The translations under genes were made by a program, and so were the position numbers. From the human T2T-CHM13v2.0 reference genome, Homo sapiens, in assembly GCA_009914755.4 (NCBI GenBank), contig CP086569.2, positions 24,896,001-24,960,000 on the forward strand: a stretch of 64,000 bases of DNA. Reading direction: 5' to 3'. Below are positions 17,665-31,945 of this stretch, in pieces; position 1 is the first letter of the stretch, and each line of letters starts with the position of its first letter. Below the pieces are notes generated by a model, which ran no database searches, had not been told where the DNA came from, and was given only the letters and a program-made list of their open reading frames with translations.

Positions 17665-18904
17665 ACCTGATAATAAACTAAAGGTATTATAAAGTTGTAG
17701 AACACGATGATTAAAGCCAAATCATAATCTTAAATTTTAAACAACTGAAAATGTTAGATTTTAACAATTAAATTTTTCTAATTGTTCTTTGGTCCACCAT
17801 CATAGATTTCAAGCAGATTAATTAATGTTGTAAAACGACATTAAGAGTCTCTATCAATGGGGTTTAATTTATACCATTTAAAAAATAGTTTGTAGTCATA
17901 TATTGTTTACTATGTAACTTCTTTTATTTGCTCTAAAGTAAGGCTAAATCACATCTTAACCTCATCTCATTCAAGGAAGTGATTACAGTAAAATTATACA
18001 TGTTGGGTTAATGTGGAAAACAGTGAATGTAGATTAATGTGGGTTTTTTGCAAGAATTTAGTATTCTCCTTATTAAGATTAGCTTGAAATGTTTTGTGTA
18101 ATGAATATTTAGTCTATTCAATAGGCGTTATTCAGATATATATCAACAGATATATATCAACATCTGCTATGTACCAACCACTGTTCAAGGCAGCAGATAA
18201 CAATATAGGCAAAGATAATATTAATCCAAATTGCACGTGAAAACAAATGATACTATTGATAATGTGGCAAATGACTTGATTTTCACTTTATTATAATTTT
18301 TAAGAGAATAATACAATGAAATATGTACTGTCAGTGTTACAAGAAGTCTATCCATGTTATTCCTTACCTGAAATAATTAGATTACACAAATTACCTTTTT
18401 CAAAAGAAATTTATATTATAAATGCTCCTATGGCAAAAAAAAAAAAACATAGCTTCTGACTTGGAATATAATATTACTATATTAAGTAAGACACATGGTA
18501 GAGAGAAAAAAACAATTTTATTTATCTTTCATGGTAATGACAAAAAAGGTAGAAGTCTCTATTTTTTGCATTTTTAATATTGACTCTTAAGAAGAGTAAA
18601 CAATTTTCAGTGTCAATATGTTGCAATTTAGCCAGACCTAGAAGAAAAATGACTGATTATTAGCAAATCAGGAAAATTTTATTGTTGCCATTGAAAATTG
18701 CTTTAGCCATCATGTGTGTGTTCTTACACTATTAGAATTGAAATCAATTTTCTACTGCCAATTTATATTGCTGTTCTATCATCATGGGATTCTTGCTTTA
18801 CATTCTTAAATGTTGTCTCTGAAAAATGAGTGACTACCAAACAAGTTTTTCTTTTTTATTCAAAAAGTTAGTCTTAAAAGGCTATTCCTCTTTAATAAAA
18901 ATAA

Positions 18905-19070
18905 TGAGGTGAGTGAATATGGTGAGGCATTTCTCTAATCCCAAGTAGTTGGAAGGCTCAGGCAGGAGTATTCCTTGAACCCTGGAGTGTGAGACCTCAT
19001 TGAGCTATGAGCTATCATCATGCCACTGTAGTCCAGCCTGGGCCACAGAGCATAATCCTATGTGTAGAAT
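18905..19070 (+). mobile_element. Old Alu-monomer-like fragment (FRAM/FLAM-like)
   Basis: ...ggaaggctcaggcaggagtattccttgaaccctggagtgtgag...catgccactgtagtccagcctgggccacagagcataatcc resembles an Alu right arm but is heavily diverged. Confidence 0.5.
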
Positions 19071-19361
19071 AAAAAATAGAACTATGAAAAGTAATAAAGC
19101 CTGACTGTTTTTAATTCACTTTTAATAATGCATGGATAGTATATTTAGCCAAAACATTTTAAATTAGTAACATGCCAAGAGATCAGATGTTTTAGTCAGA
19201 TTGCTAGCTCCTCAACTGGCTAAATATGTAACATTTGGCAAAGTATTTCTCCTAACAGTAATTGATTTTTTTATTTGTTAAATGGATTTACTAGTGCTAC
19301 CCTCTTAGGGAACTAACTCTGATATTAATTAGATTACCTCAAAAACTTGTTACATAATAGG

Positions 19362-19430
19362 CAATAAAATATTAGCACATATTAGGCAATAAAATATTAG
19401 GCACATATTAGGCAATAAAATATTAGCTAC
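19362..19430. repeat. Minisatellite-like tandem repeat, ~23-bp unit x 3
   Basis: ggcaataaaatattagcacatatta / ggcaataaaatattaggcacatatta / ggcaataaaatattagctac. Confidence 0.9.
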
Positions 19431-20766
19431 TACTAGATATTACAGATTATTTTCATCTGCTTATTTTAAAGCTCATAGTGCATATAATAAAATTCCAGCA
19501 GAGCGAAAATGACTGTTAGATACAATAGAACACTCTAAGAGTCATTATCAAAAATGAGCATATCAGTGTGTAAAATGTATGGTAGTTTTATTTAACGGTT
19601 GTTTCATTGTTTACCGTAGTGTTTTTTCTTACAATTTTGTGGAAGCCTGTGTCAGAGTTAAGAACTTTTATAGAAGAGGATAATCATGGATGATTGAAAT
19701 TGACATTTTAAGCTGATACTGAAAGTTATTCTAACTTCTATTACATTTATAGTTGTATTTTCTTTCAAAGGATAATGGAAGTCTTAAAAAGAAAATGGAT
19801 ACTTCCCTGACAGGGGAGATACCTAGGAATCCAACTTCCCAGGGCAAGACTGATCTATTGCACTATGGATGTGCCGACCCCTGAGATTTACAAAATTGTG
19901 GGAAACTCAACTGCATAATTTATGGAAATGAAGGACTGTGTTTGCGCTTTCACGTGGAAAAGAAACAGAAAAGAAAAGAAAAGAAAATTGACTTGTTTAG
20001 TGGATATAGAAACTTGAAACTAGACCATGTACTGGAAACAATTCAGTATGCCTACAAAAGTTGGTCTCCAGCACAAAACAATAAAACATCAAATGGTTAT
20101 GTCTTAGGCAGATCAAATAGTGTTAGGATGACACTTGCAAAACCTTGCAAACTGAGTCCACATGAGGGGACGAGGGGAAGCACCCAAAGGAAGCAGATAA
20201 ATCTGGGAAAAAGAGAAGTCATTTTTAAATGTGTAAGCCAATGTTTATGTATTAATATTTCCCTTAAAAATATTTATTTTATTAAATGGTTAACATTGGT
20301 TTCTTTGACCTTAAAAAGTAGGTTTTCTTTTGGAAATGACTGATGTGAAATGGTCTAGAAATTACACAGCTAGAATAATTCAGATTTTTCCCTGACTTAT
20401 ACATCATTTGCAGGAGTTGTGAAGATGTTAAAGATGCCAGCTTTTTTGCATTTCTTAGAAGTTTATTCTAAATGAAGAAAATTAAATATAAGGTATAAAG
20501 TTACTTTCATAATAAAATTGTCAATCTTTTTAAATATTTTGAATTTGAAGCCAGATAATCAAGATTCCTTAGATGAGCGTAAGTCCTCTTCAACAGAAGA
20601 TGCCACATTATGTCCTCATCCAACAGGATTTATGTATGAACAGGTAAAAATAAATAAATACATACATACATAAATTTTTATTTTTCTTTTTCAAACTCAT
20701 TTTGATCTTTACTTATATGGTCTTCAATTTTATTTCCTTACATATTTGGTAACATATCAGCTGTGA

Positions 20767-23155
<2,389 letters not shown>

Positions 23156-23172
23156 CAGAAGAAGAATACTTT
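23156..23172. repeat. Target-site duplication, right copy, of the AluYa5
   Basis: Identical to 22836-22852. Confidence 0.9.
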
Positions 23173-23467
23173 AAGTGTGGTCATGTTTTATTTTACCCTT
23201 GTGACATTTTCTTTGTCAATAGGTACTACCTTGTCCTAGTTCATAAAAATTTGTGATATTTCAAGAAGAGCATAAAGTAATTTATTTATTCTTTCTCAAA
23301 ATGCAGAGACAGTAAAAATTAACCATTTTACGGGCTTTAATACAAAGTTTACTAAAAAACAAATACTGATCAAAATATAAATAAATACCATTTATGAACA
23401 CTTCTAAGTTAAAACGAATATTTTTGTTAAAATTTTCTGGGAAGATTAGCCACAACAAGAGTAATGC

Positions 23468-23640
23468 AGTCTTCTCTTTTCTTTTCTTACCTTTTTTCTT
23501 TCTCTTTCTTTCTCTTTTTCTTTCTTTCTTTCTCTCTTTTTCTTTCTTTCTTTCTTTGTTTTCTTTCTTCCTTTCTTTCTTCCTTTGTTTTTTCTCTTTC
23601 TTTTCTTCCTCTCTTCTTTCCTTTCTTTCTTTCCTTTTTT
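23468..23640. repeat. (TTTC)n/(TTCT)n polypyrimidine microsatellite, ~175 bp, expanded from an Alu tail
   Basis: cttttcttttcttaccttttttctttctctttctttctc... merges into the poly-T of the Alu at 23633-23932. Confidence 0.95.
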
Positions 23641-23932
23641 TTTTTTTTTTTTTTGATGGTGTTTCACTCTTGTTGCCTCGGCTGGAGTGCAATGGTTGTG
23701 ATTTTGGCTCACTGCAACTTCCACCCCAGGAGTTCAATCGATTCTCCTGCCTCAGCCTCCCAAGTAGCTGGGATTACAGTCATGTGCCACCACACCTGGT
23801 TAATTCTGTATTTTTGGTAGAGACAAGGTTTCACCTTGTTAGCCAGGGTGGTCTGGATCTCCTGACCTCACGATCCACCCTCCTCAGCCTCTCAAAGTGC
23901 TGGGATTATTTTGAGTCATGGCACCCAGCCAG
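23633..23932 (-). mobile_element. Alu (minus strand, AluS-like)
   Basis: Poly-T then gatggtgtttcactcttgttgcctcggctggagtgcaatgg...cctcccaagtagctgggattacag...cagcctctcaaagtgctgggatta. Confidence 0.95.
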
Positions 23933-26830
23933 GTTAATCATTTAAAAGATTTTAGTGTGCTATAACATTTAGCATGACTTCTCACCAAGTTCATGTAGCC
24001 AAAAATTGGAATTACCTAAATTACAGCAGTTGTCCAGAGTAACAGCTCTATTGCTCAGAAACCTTATTTTTTTATGCCAGAAACAATCAAAGACAGGGTA
24101 AAAATGTAAAAAACAAGCAGATTTTAATTCTACACATTCTTCACCTTTAATGTTTGATAGCTTAATTTCTTGCTGAGATAAAGATATTGCCATATTTTTA
24201 ATAGGAATTCTTAAATATTACAACCAATATACATACTTTTCATATGTCACAATGTTTGGAGCATGGGAAGTTGTATTTTTTTGTGCTGGGGGCACTTTTG
24301 TGGTAGAATTTACTAAGGGATGCTTCTAAAATTTGCTTCACCTAATTCCAGTAAAGTGCATATTATCAGAATCCACAGTACTTTGAAGCACCATTGTGCC
24401 AAGATTTCTGACTGTTTTGCTAGCCAGTCACAATTTTCCTTGAAAGCAGTAAGTCTCCTAGTTTATTTCTATATTATTTTAAAGCTTTTGTCATTAGATG
24501 TAGGGTTTACTGAAGATAAAAGTGCCTTCTGATTTTAAATAATTAATATAATTTTTTATTTGATGTAATATCTCTATGCCCCTGTTGGAAACAGTAGGAT
24601 ATGAAGTGTGTTGCATAGTGTGAGGATCAGCAATTCATTTGTTTGAACCGGTTACAATATACTATGTTTTTATCTTTTTATAGTATATAAGCATTAGCAT
24701 TGAACACCATGAATGCAAAATGCAGTCTACATTAGTCAAGACCTATAAATACACTATCAGGGCTACTGATATTGGTATATTGTAATCCAACTATGTCATG
24801 TGTCTTCCTATATGGACTATTGTTATTTGCAGTCTATGTTTCTCTTCTGGCCTAGACTTAGATTTTGGAATTTCTGTTCCTTAGAAAGTACAAGAGAAGC
24901 ATATTTAGATTAATCCCATTTCTGCATTACTGCTGCACCTCTTTAAGGTTGCCACTTCAAGGGACTACATCATGATGTCCTGTTTCTAATGACCTCCCAA
25001 TCATCCTGCAGAAGATTCTTCAAATGGGGATCAACATGTCCTTATTTAAGGTACCCCTTAAATTTCTACTATTAAGTGGATGCCAGGATATGATTCAGCC
25101 CATTGAAAGTCCGTGTATCACATACTGGCATCTGTTTGAAAGTCCAGTTTTCTATTGTTCACATGGCCAGGATACTGATTACTGTTTACGACTCATGAAT
25201 TCAAACAATTGCCTTTATAAAACAATCATTTAACAGCATAGAGTTCAATCATTGAGCTAATTTACTCATTCAATCTTCAACTGGTCTTCATTTCTGGTCT
25301 CTATGAGAGCCTTGCAACAGGACATTATACACCCACTTTGAAACTGCCATTCATCAACTAAGCAGGTTGTTGTTGTCAATAGGGAGCTCTTCAAAGGGCA
25401 TTGCCCATGTGACAGTGGGATCCAGTAATTCCTGAGGTTATTGCAAACTACATGCTAGAAAATACCAGACTGCCTGCTCTTGAATAGGATCATCATCTCA
25501 TTGCACTTCCCTGGTAATATTTTCCTCTATAAAACCATCTTTTTATGTTATTTGAAAGTCTTCTGAGCACTTCCTCATTAGACTGTTTCTTTAATTTGCC
25601 CAACACTTTATACGTGTTGCAAGTTTTATAATTATTTTATGGTCTTCAGTCAAAGAAGCTGTCTCAACACTAAGGCAAGAAAACCTAGTAATTATCTTTC
25701 CAATGGCACATATTGTTTCATGGCATCCAGGAGAGCCCTGGACCACAATTTCCAGCTAATGCTGAAGAGGGGCATGTGTGGCTTTTCTGCCATGTCCTCA
25801 GTCTGCCCAAGAACATGTCGCAAGTACTTCTAAAATCAGAATTTGGATCACAAAGTCCCAATGTGTAGAGAGAAAGAGGTTTTTACAATTCAGAAATGGC
25901 CACATTTAGTGAAATTTCTTATTTAAACAGACCACTATTTATCATTTTTAAACTGATGCATTATAATTTTCCATATTTACAATGTAGAACCGTTATCTTG
26001 ATACATGCACAAAATCAGCAATGACCAAATTTTTAAATGGCATACTGGTAATTGGTATATTAGTCATTTCCGACATATATGACATATTTGTTTCAAGAAC
26101 TTTCCAAATCTAAACTTCTAGTTATTATGAAATCTATAATAAATTATTCATACCTATAACCTCCCTCCTATACAATCAAACTTTAGAACCTATTCTTTCT
26201 AACTATTTTTTACACATTAACTAACTCATTTATTTGCTTAATGTCTTTCATAGCCTATAATAATCTGTCATTCTATTCTCTACCTATATGAGATCAACTT
26301 TGTTATTTCTCACATATGAATAAAATCAACCAATCCTTGCGCTTTATATTTCCTGGCAAATTTCACTTAATATAATGTCTCTTAAATGAAGTATTTTGCC
26401 TCAGTAATATTTAGTTAACTTATTGAGGCTTTTATACAACTGAAATAATCACTCACCTAAAATTTACCATAACTGTTACCAAAATTCTTTGGGTACATAT
26501 GATTGTACTTTGAAAACAGCTCAATGAACAAAGATGTCTTGAAGATGTCTTATGACACAAATATTGTTCTCTTTTCTATCTTCTGTCTTTATTAACTCTG
26601 GATTGTCTTCCAATTAATAAAAATATTCTGATAAATTACCTTGGGGATCAACATTAATGACCAAAAAATCAGTAATGCACTCATTTAACTTTATAAATAT
26701 AAGGAAAGAAGTTGAAACAAATAAAAAACTTGCTGAATAAAATTATATACATTTTGTACATTCCTAATTTTCAAAACACTTAAATTACTTTTTATTTTTT
26801 ACTCTTATTGCTCAGTTCAAACATAGACTA

Positions 26831-27823
26831 TTATAACTGGGTTTACAGAAAAGTTATCATAAAAGATTCATAAAATAATAACCTACACTGGAGATAATAT
26901 AATATAGTAAAATTTGTTCAAGCAGGCAGGAGTAAGACAAATGAGTCCTCTGCCATGAGTAACTTTGGGGAATAAGTAACTTTGGGGGAATAAGTTACTT
27001 AGTCTTTGTAGGATTCTGTATCTTCTTCTGGGAATAATGCATTTTCCAAATTACATAAGATTATTTACATGATGAAATCAGAATTATTAACACTGAATAA
27101 ATATGCCTATTAACCCTAGTTTTGGAAGGATGGGGTGGGGGGCATAGAGAGAAGCTCCAAAAGTCAAAACATGATTGTAGCCATAGAGCAAAGTACAGTT
27201 GCTTTCCAAGTATCTGAGAGGTTTCTTATTGTTTTCGTTGTGTCATAGGTTTGTGATGAAGAAATAAACAATCCCCAGTTCCTGCCCTAGAGAAGCTCAT
27301 TGCATAGAAAAAGGAACAAGGCAGATATACATGCCACAGTACAGTAATGAGACAACATAAATCACAAGCAACCAAGTCCAAAGGTAAGATACCTAATTTG
27401 AAATTTTATATTCTGTTTCATCTGCTTCTTGCTGTTGTGATTAACCATCTCTATATGTGTTAAATTCAACGCCCTAGGGGTAACACGGGCTATCATGTCA
27501 GAAATTACCTTCCAACTTTTCTTCCAATAGTGTCTGTTAACCAAGTATTGGTGAACATCCCATATGAAGATTCTACTAAAAGTAAAGCTACCCCAACTGC
27601 AATGCTTGGATGATATAATTTTCTGGGTCTAAGAAAGAGGAAGAAAGTGTGTGTTTTGTAATGTCTATAAATCATTAAATGCTGGGACACTGGTAACTGA
27701 AAGACAAACTATTTCTGCCAACTGAAAGGAAAAAATGAAGACATTGTAGGAAAACAATTTATTACAGTAAAACTATTCTGATTTTTTAATTTAGTTTTTA
27801 TCAATATCCACACAAAAAGTAAA

Positions 27824-27856
<33 letters not shown>

Positions 27857-30720
27857 GATCTTGAGTATAAACATTACCAAAATTTAGGTGTTCCATGTTT
27901 ACTTATTTGGAGGTGTATCCTAAATAGGTGATCACCACTGTAACCTAATTTTTTACTGCTTTATGTTCAAATTAAACTTTTCATAGGCAGTGTTATGATA
28001 ATTCTTAACTAATATTTTTTACAAAATCAGGGAGCATAATTTGAAGAACACATTTGATTCTTTAGCAGAAAAAGCTCTAATTTCATAAAAACATATTAGA
28101 GAATTTTAAAAATAAGCACAGCTTATGAAACACAGACAATATAAATATAACAGTCATAGTTTCTCAGCGATTTTAGCCACATTATAAAAATGTACTTACC
28201 ACAAATTCTTTTAAAGAACAATAATTGCAGAGAGAAAAACCGTAGCTGCTATCAGAATCTTCAAACTATTAGTAATTAATAATTAGAATTTACCTCACTG
28301 TTCTGCTTCTCATCTTCAAACAATCATTATCTATATTTTTACCTATGCATTCAATTGCAAGAATACTGTTTTCAGTGTGGGGGGAAACACATACACACAC
28401 GTATGTATATCTATAACATATATATAGATATATATGGCTGCTGGATCACAGCATTCATATGATAAGTAGCACCAGCATTTTTGAGTCCCGCAAATATTTC
28501 TGGCAGGTGAGATCTAACAGAGAGCAGATATTCCCACTCAAAAAGTGCTTCACAACCTGAGATCAGAAGAAAAAACAATGCTTGTACTATGAAAATCATA
28601 ATTCTGCCCACTCTTCTTTCCATCACGTGACAAATTAATATTGATGACAACTCATTTGTCATCACAGCCATTTTGAAAGAGTACTTTGAATTTTCATACT
28701 AACAATAAATCAAGTGACCATTACAGATTTTTAACTTCAGACCCCTTAGGTACATAGTTTAATGCCATCACATCTGTTTGTTTTTTTAAAAAAGGGTTTA
28801 TTTTAAAAACTGTCTTTTGAATATATATATACATATATAAACTATGTCAATTCAATTGTTAAATAAATTAACATACAAGGTGTTTTTAAGAGGGAAACTC
28901 TTCTCTTTACATAGATCTCACGAGACAAATAAAGATCTGACTTTTTAAGTGGTGAGTTTAGCTAGAAACTCCTACAATATGCTAGAAAATATACTCGCCC
29001 AGAGAAAAACGTAAACAAATAGAATTTCACATTCATCAATTAAAGATCTGTACAGAATGCTGTTGTTAACTGTATTATTAATCCTTGGTTTTCTCTTGAA
29101 ATAAGCTGAATTTTGTTATCATTTGCTCATTTACTTATATTAACTCACAGGCTGAGTTTCTGTTCTGTGTAAGATTTGAACATTGATACTTACTTTGTTG
29201 GACTTATGTGGACATTTAGAAGTAATAAAATTCACTCAAAAGTTTTCTTCTCACATTATGATTTTTAAAGCCATACCTCTCTTAGAATTTAACTAAAATA
29301 ACATTAAGTAACTTCGAGGTTTGGGTTATAAAAATCATTTTAATGCATACATTTTAAATATAAAATTTGGACCATTAAATTTGGCTTCTGGATACTCTGA
29401 GGTTTCAGTATTTTTTAACATGGGATTCAATAAAACCCACTTTGGTTACCAACACCAAGTATAGGGGAGCACTTAAGAAATACATATATTTTTTTAAATT
29501 TAATATTGTCTGACATAAACGGTTTTAAATATATACCTGATGGCTACAAAATGTTAAACTAGTTGATCAAAAGCAAACAAGCAAGAAAACTATGAGTTAA
29601 TTCCTTCTAAATAAAAAGTAGACTTTCAAAGTAAACTATTATTCCTGAAGAAAAACAGCTTTATAATGTAAAAATTCACTAGTTGTTGCTTTCTCTCTGT
29701 AATATATTGCATTCAAACAGTCTACTATCTTTTTAAGGTTCTTTACACAGCCAATAGCTGGTGCTACAAGCAGATCAAAACCAGGATTGATGGTAATGGA
29801 AGAGGAACAGACTGGAAGAGCTGGCTCTTCTGGCAGTTTTTTTATTTCTTAGACATTACAGTTAAACTTTTGATGCAGGGAAGACAACAACATCAATTAA
29901 TTCTTGGTAAGTTAGAAAAATAAATCACAGGTTATTAGTAGAAAACATATGTTATGAAAAATATGTCTTTTCAAGAAAATACTTTTATGTTTATTTGACA
30001 TAATTAAAATCTCATTATATTTTGAAACAATTTTGAATTTTGTTCCAAAGAAAAATCATTTCAAAAAACCCAAGAACAGTCAATGCATGTAATTCATTTC
30101 CAAAATTAGATTATTGAAGAAATTTCTAAAACCTGAGAACTTTACCCAAAACAAAAATAGCATTCTAAATTAACCTACTTTTTAAATTACATATTAATGG
30201 AAATAAATTTATTTTCAATAATAATAAGGCATTAAAGTTACATTATTTTTCTTGAATTACGAAACATATAAAGAAAAACATCAAAAATATGATATAAAAA
30301 ATAAGTTTTTGCAAGATGAATGTTTTCTCAATTAGAAATTCAATCAAGGGACAGGTGTGGTGGCTCACATCTGTAATTCCAGCACTTTTGGAGGCCAAGG
30401 CAGGCAGCATACTTGAAGCCAAGAGCTTGAGACAGGCCTGGCCAATATGGTGAAACCCCATCAGGTGTAGCGGTGCTCACCTGTAATCTAAGCTAATCAA
30501 GAAGTTCAGGCAGAATAATCACTTGAAACCGGGAAGCAGGGGGTTGCAGTGTGCCAAGATTGCACTGCTGTACTCCAGCCAAAGAGACAGTGTGAGATTC
30601 CTTTATAAAAATAAAAGAAAATAAATTAAATCAATTAAGAATTGAGATATATTACTTATTTACTTTTCAATGTAGTTTCTGGCAACTTCGAATTGCAATT
30701 ACAAAAATGTCTTAAATAAA
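26831..30720. repeat. Segmental duplication, copy A (~3.89 kb). Direct repeat of 43614-47473 at about 88-92% identity
   Basis: Collinear homology seen by eye from ttataactggg...cagaaaagttatcataaaag through the shared Alu to ...aattacaaaa. The ORF-track ORFs at 27362..27544, 27505..27690 and 30243..30461 have paralogs at 44140..44322, 44283..44468 and 46992..47216. Confidence 0.9.
30342..30600 (+). mobile_element. Old Alu with an internal deletion of the middle A-rich region, inside segmental-duplication copy A
   Basis: ggacaggtgtggtggctcacatctgtaattccagcacttttggaggccaaggcaggcagc...ccccatcaggtgtagcggtgctcacctgtaatct...gcactgctgtactccagccaaagagacagtgtgagattcc. The same peculiar structure is present in copy B. 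Confidence 0.9.
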
Positions 30721-30771
30721 GTGTGGCACACATTTCAAAGTTACTGTAACCTCACCTCTACAAAAAGAAAG

Positions 30772-31565
30772 CTTTTTTTTTATTTAATGTATTCAATTTC
30801 ATTTTATATTAAGTTCCAGGGTACATATGCAGGGCATACTGGTTTATTTCATAGGTAAACTTTTCCGTGATTGTTCACTGCAACTATTAACCCATCACCG
30901 AGGTTATTCAGCCCCACATAAATAAGCTATTTATTCTGAAGGTCTTTTTTTCTCTGCCTCTGGACAGACCAAGTCGAAAGCTGTTCTGTGTGTCTTTAAT
31001 GTTCAGTGTGAACGTTTAATGATTGTGAACATGGAGTGCTTGTTTTTTCGTTTCTCTGTTAGTTTTCTGAGGATGATGGTTTCCAGCTTCATCCATCTCC
31101 CTTCAGAGAACATGATTTCTTTCATTTTAGTGGCTGCATATTATTTCATGATGTATATGTGCCATGCTTTCTTTATCTAGTCTGTTACTGATGGGCATTT
31201 GAGTTAATTCAATGTATTTGCTATTGTGATTAGTGCTGTAATAAACATACACATCCATGTATACTTAAAATAGAATGACTTATTTTGAAGGGGAGCTATG
31301 TACCCAGTAATGAAATTGCTGAGTCCAGTGGTATTTCTGGTTCTAAATATCTGATGAATTACTACACACTTTTCCACAATGTCCATACTGATTTACACTC
31401 CTAACAACAGTGTAAAAGCATTGCTATGTCTGCACTAACCCACTACCATCTGTTGTTTCCTGGCTTTTTAGTAATCTCCATTTTGTCTGGCCTCAGATGA
31501 TATCTCATTGTGATTCTGGTTTGCATTTCCCTAACAATTAGTGATGCCGACCATTTTGAGTTAAA
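30772..31565 (-). mobile_element. Older L1 (L1PB/L1MA-like) 3'-end fragment (~0.8 kb), minus strand, immediately after the end of segmental-duplication copy A
   Basis: Poly-T then the reverse complement of a diverged L1 3' end (atattaagttccagggtacatatgcagg...) and the ORF2 C-terminal region (tttgcatttccctaacaattagtgatgccgaccattttgag). Confidence 0.85.
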
Positions 31566-31785
31566 TGTCTTCTGAAATGAAAGACACATAACTCTTTTCT
31601 TACCCCAGTGTGGCCTCTTTATATCTGCTAATCAGCACTCATTTCCCGGTGTTTTAACACTACCCTGCAAAAGAAAAAGTATTATAGGCTCAACTTATTA
31701 GATAGAGAAAATGACAGGATATTAGAACAGCAGAAAGTTAGAGAAAAATGAGATCTCATATAAAATTTCCACAAGTTTTTTCTTT

Positions 31786-31945
31786 TTTTTTTTTGACAGA
31801 GTTTCTCTGTTTTCATGCAAACTGTAGTGCAATGGTGCAATCTTGGCTCACTGCAACCTCAGCCTCCCCGGATCAAGCAATTCTCCTGCCTCAGCCTCCT
31901 CAGTAGCTGAGATTACAGGTGTCAGCCACCACACCCAGCTAATTT
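31786..31945 (-). mobile_element. Alu fragment (minus strand, ~160 bp)
   Basis: Poly-T, gacagagtttctctgttttcatgcaaactgtagtgcaatggtgcaatcttggctcactgcaacctcagcctcc... Confidence 0.85.

Noticed and set aside
19362-19430. Short tandem repeats (19362-19430, 17583-17664, 47828-47905, 57517-58005) as CRISPR-like arrays
   Set aside because: They are 2-3-copy tandem duplications with diverged units and no unique spacers, in a eukaryotic genome. They are ordinary minisatellite or duplication events.
23282-23945. Lys/Arg-rich 151-aa ORF (minus) and Phe/Leu/Ser-rich 183-aa and 118-aa ORFs (plus) at 23.28-23.95 kb
   Set aside because: These are translations of the (TTTC)n/(GAAA)n microsatellite and the adjacent Alu, not genes.
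25025-25063. 39-bp AG...GT-bounded open segment (AAGATTCTTCAAATGGGGATCAACATGTCCTTATTTAAG) and similar very short splice-like segments (for example 37950-37962)
   Set aside because: Acceptor- and donor-like dinucleotides bracket short open stretches many times by chance in 64 kb. With no CpG retention, homology or length, these are not worth calling.
25900-26830. Possible old L1M 3'-region fragment on the minus strand just upstream of segmental-duplication copy A
   Set aside because: Similarity to L1 is too diffuse by eye to assign boundaries or orientation with confidence. It is not homologous to the sequence upstream of copy B, which is why the duplication boundary is placed at 26831.
30243-30461. 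ORFs beginning MGFHHIGQACLKLLASS... / MGFHHSGQACLKLLASS... (30243..30461, 46992..47216, also 39443..39688 C-terminal part)
   Set aside because: This is the familiar antisense-Alu translation ([30 protein letters not shown]...). It occurs wherever an Alu lies on the opposite strand.
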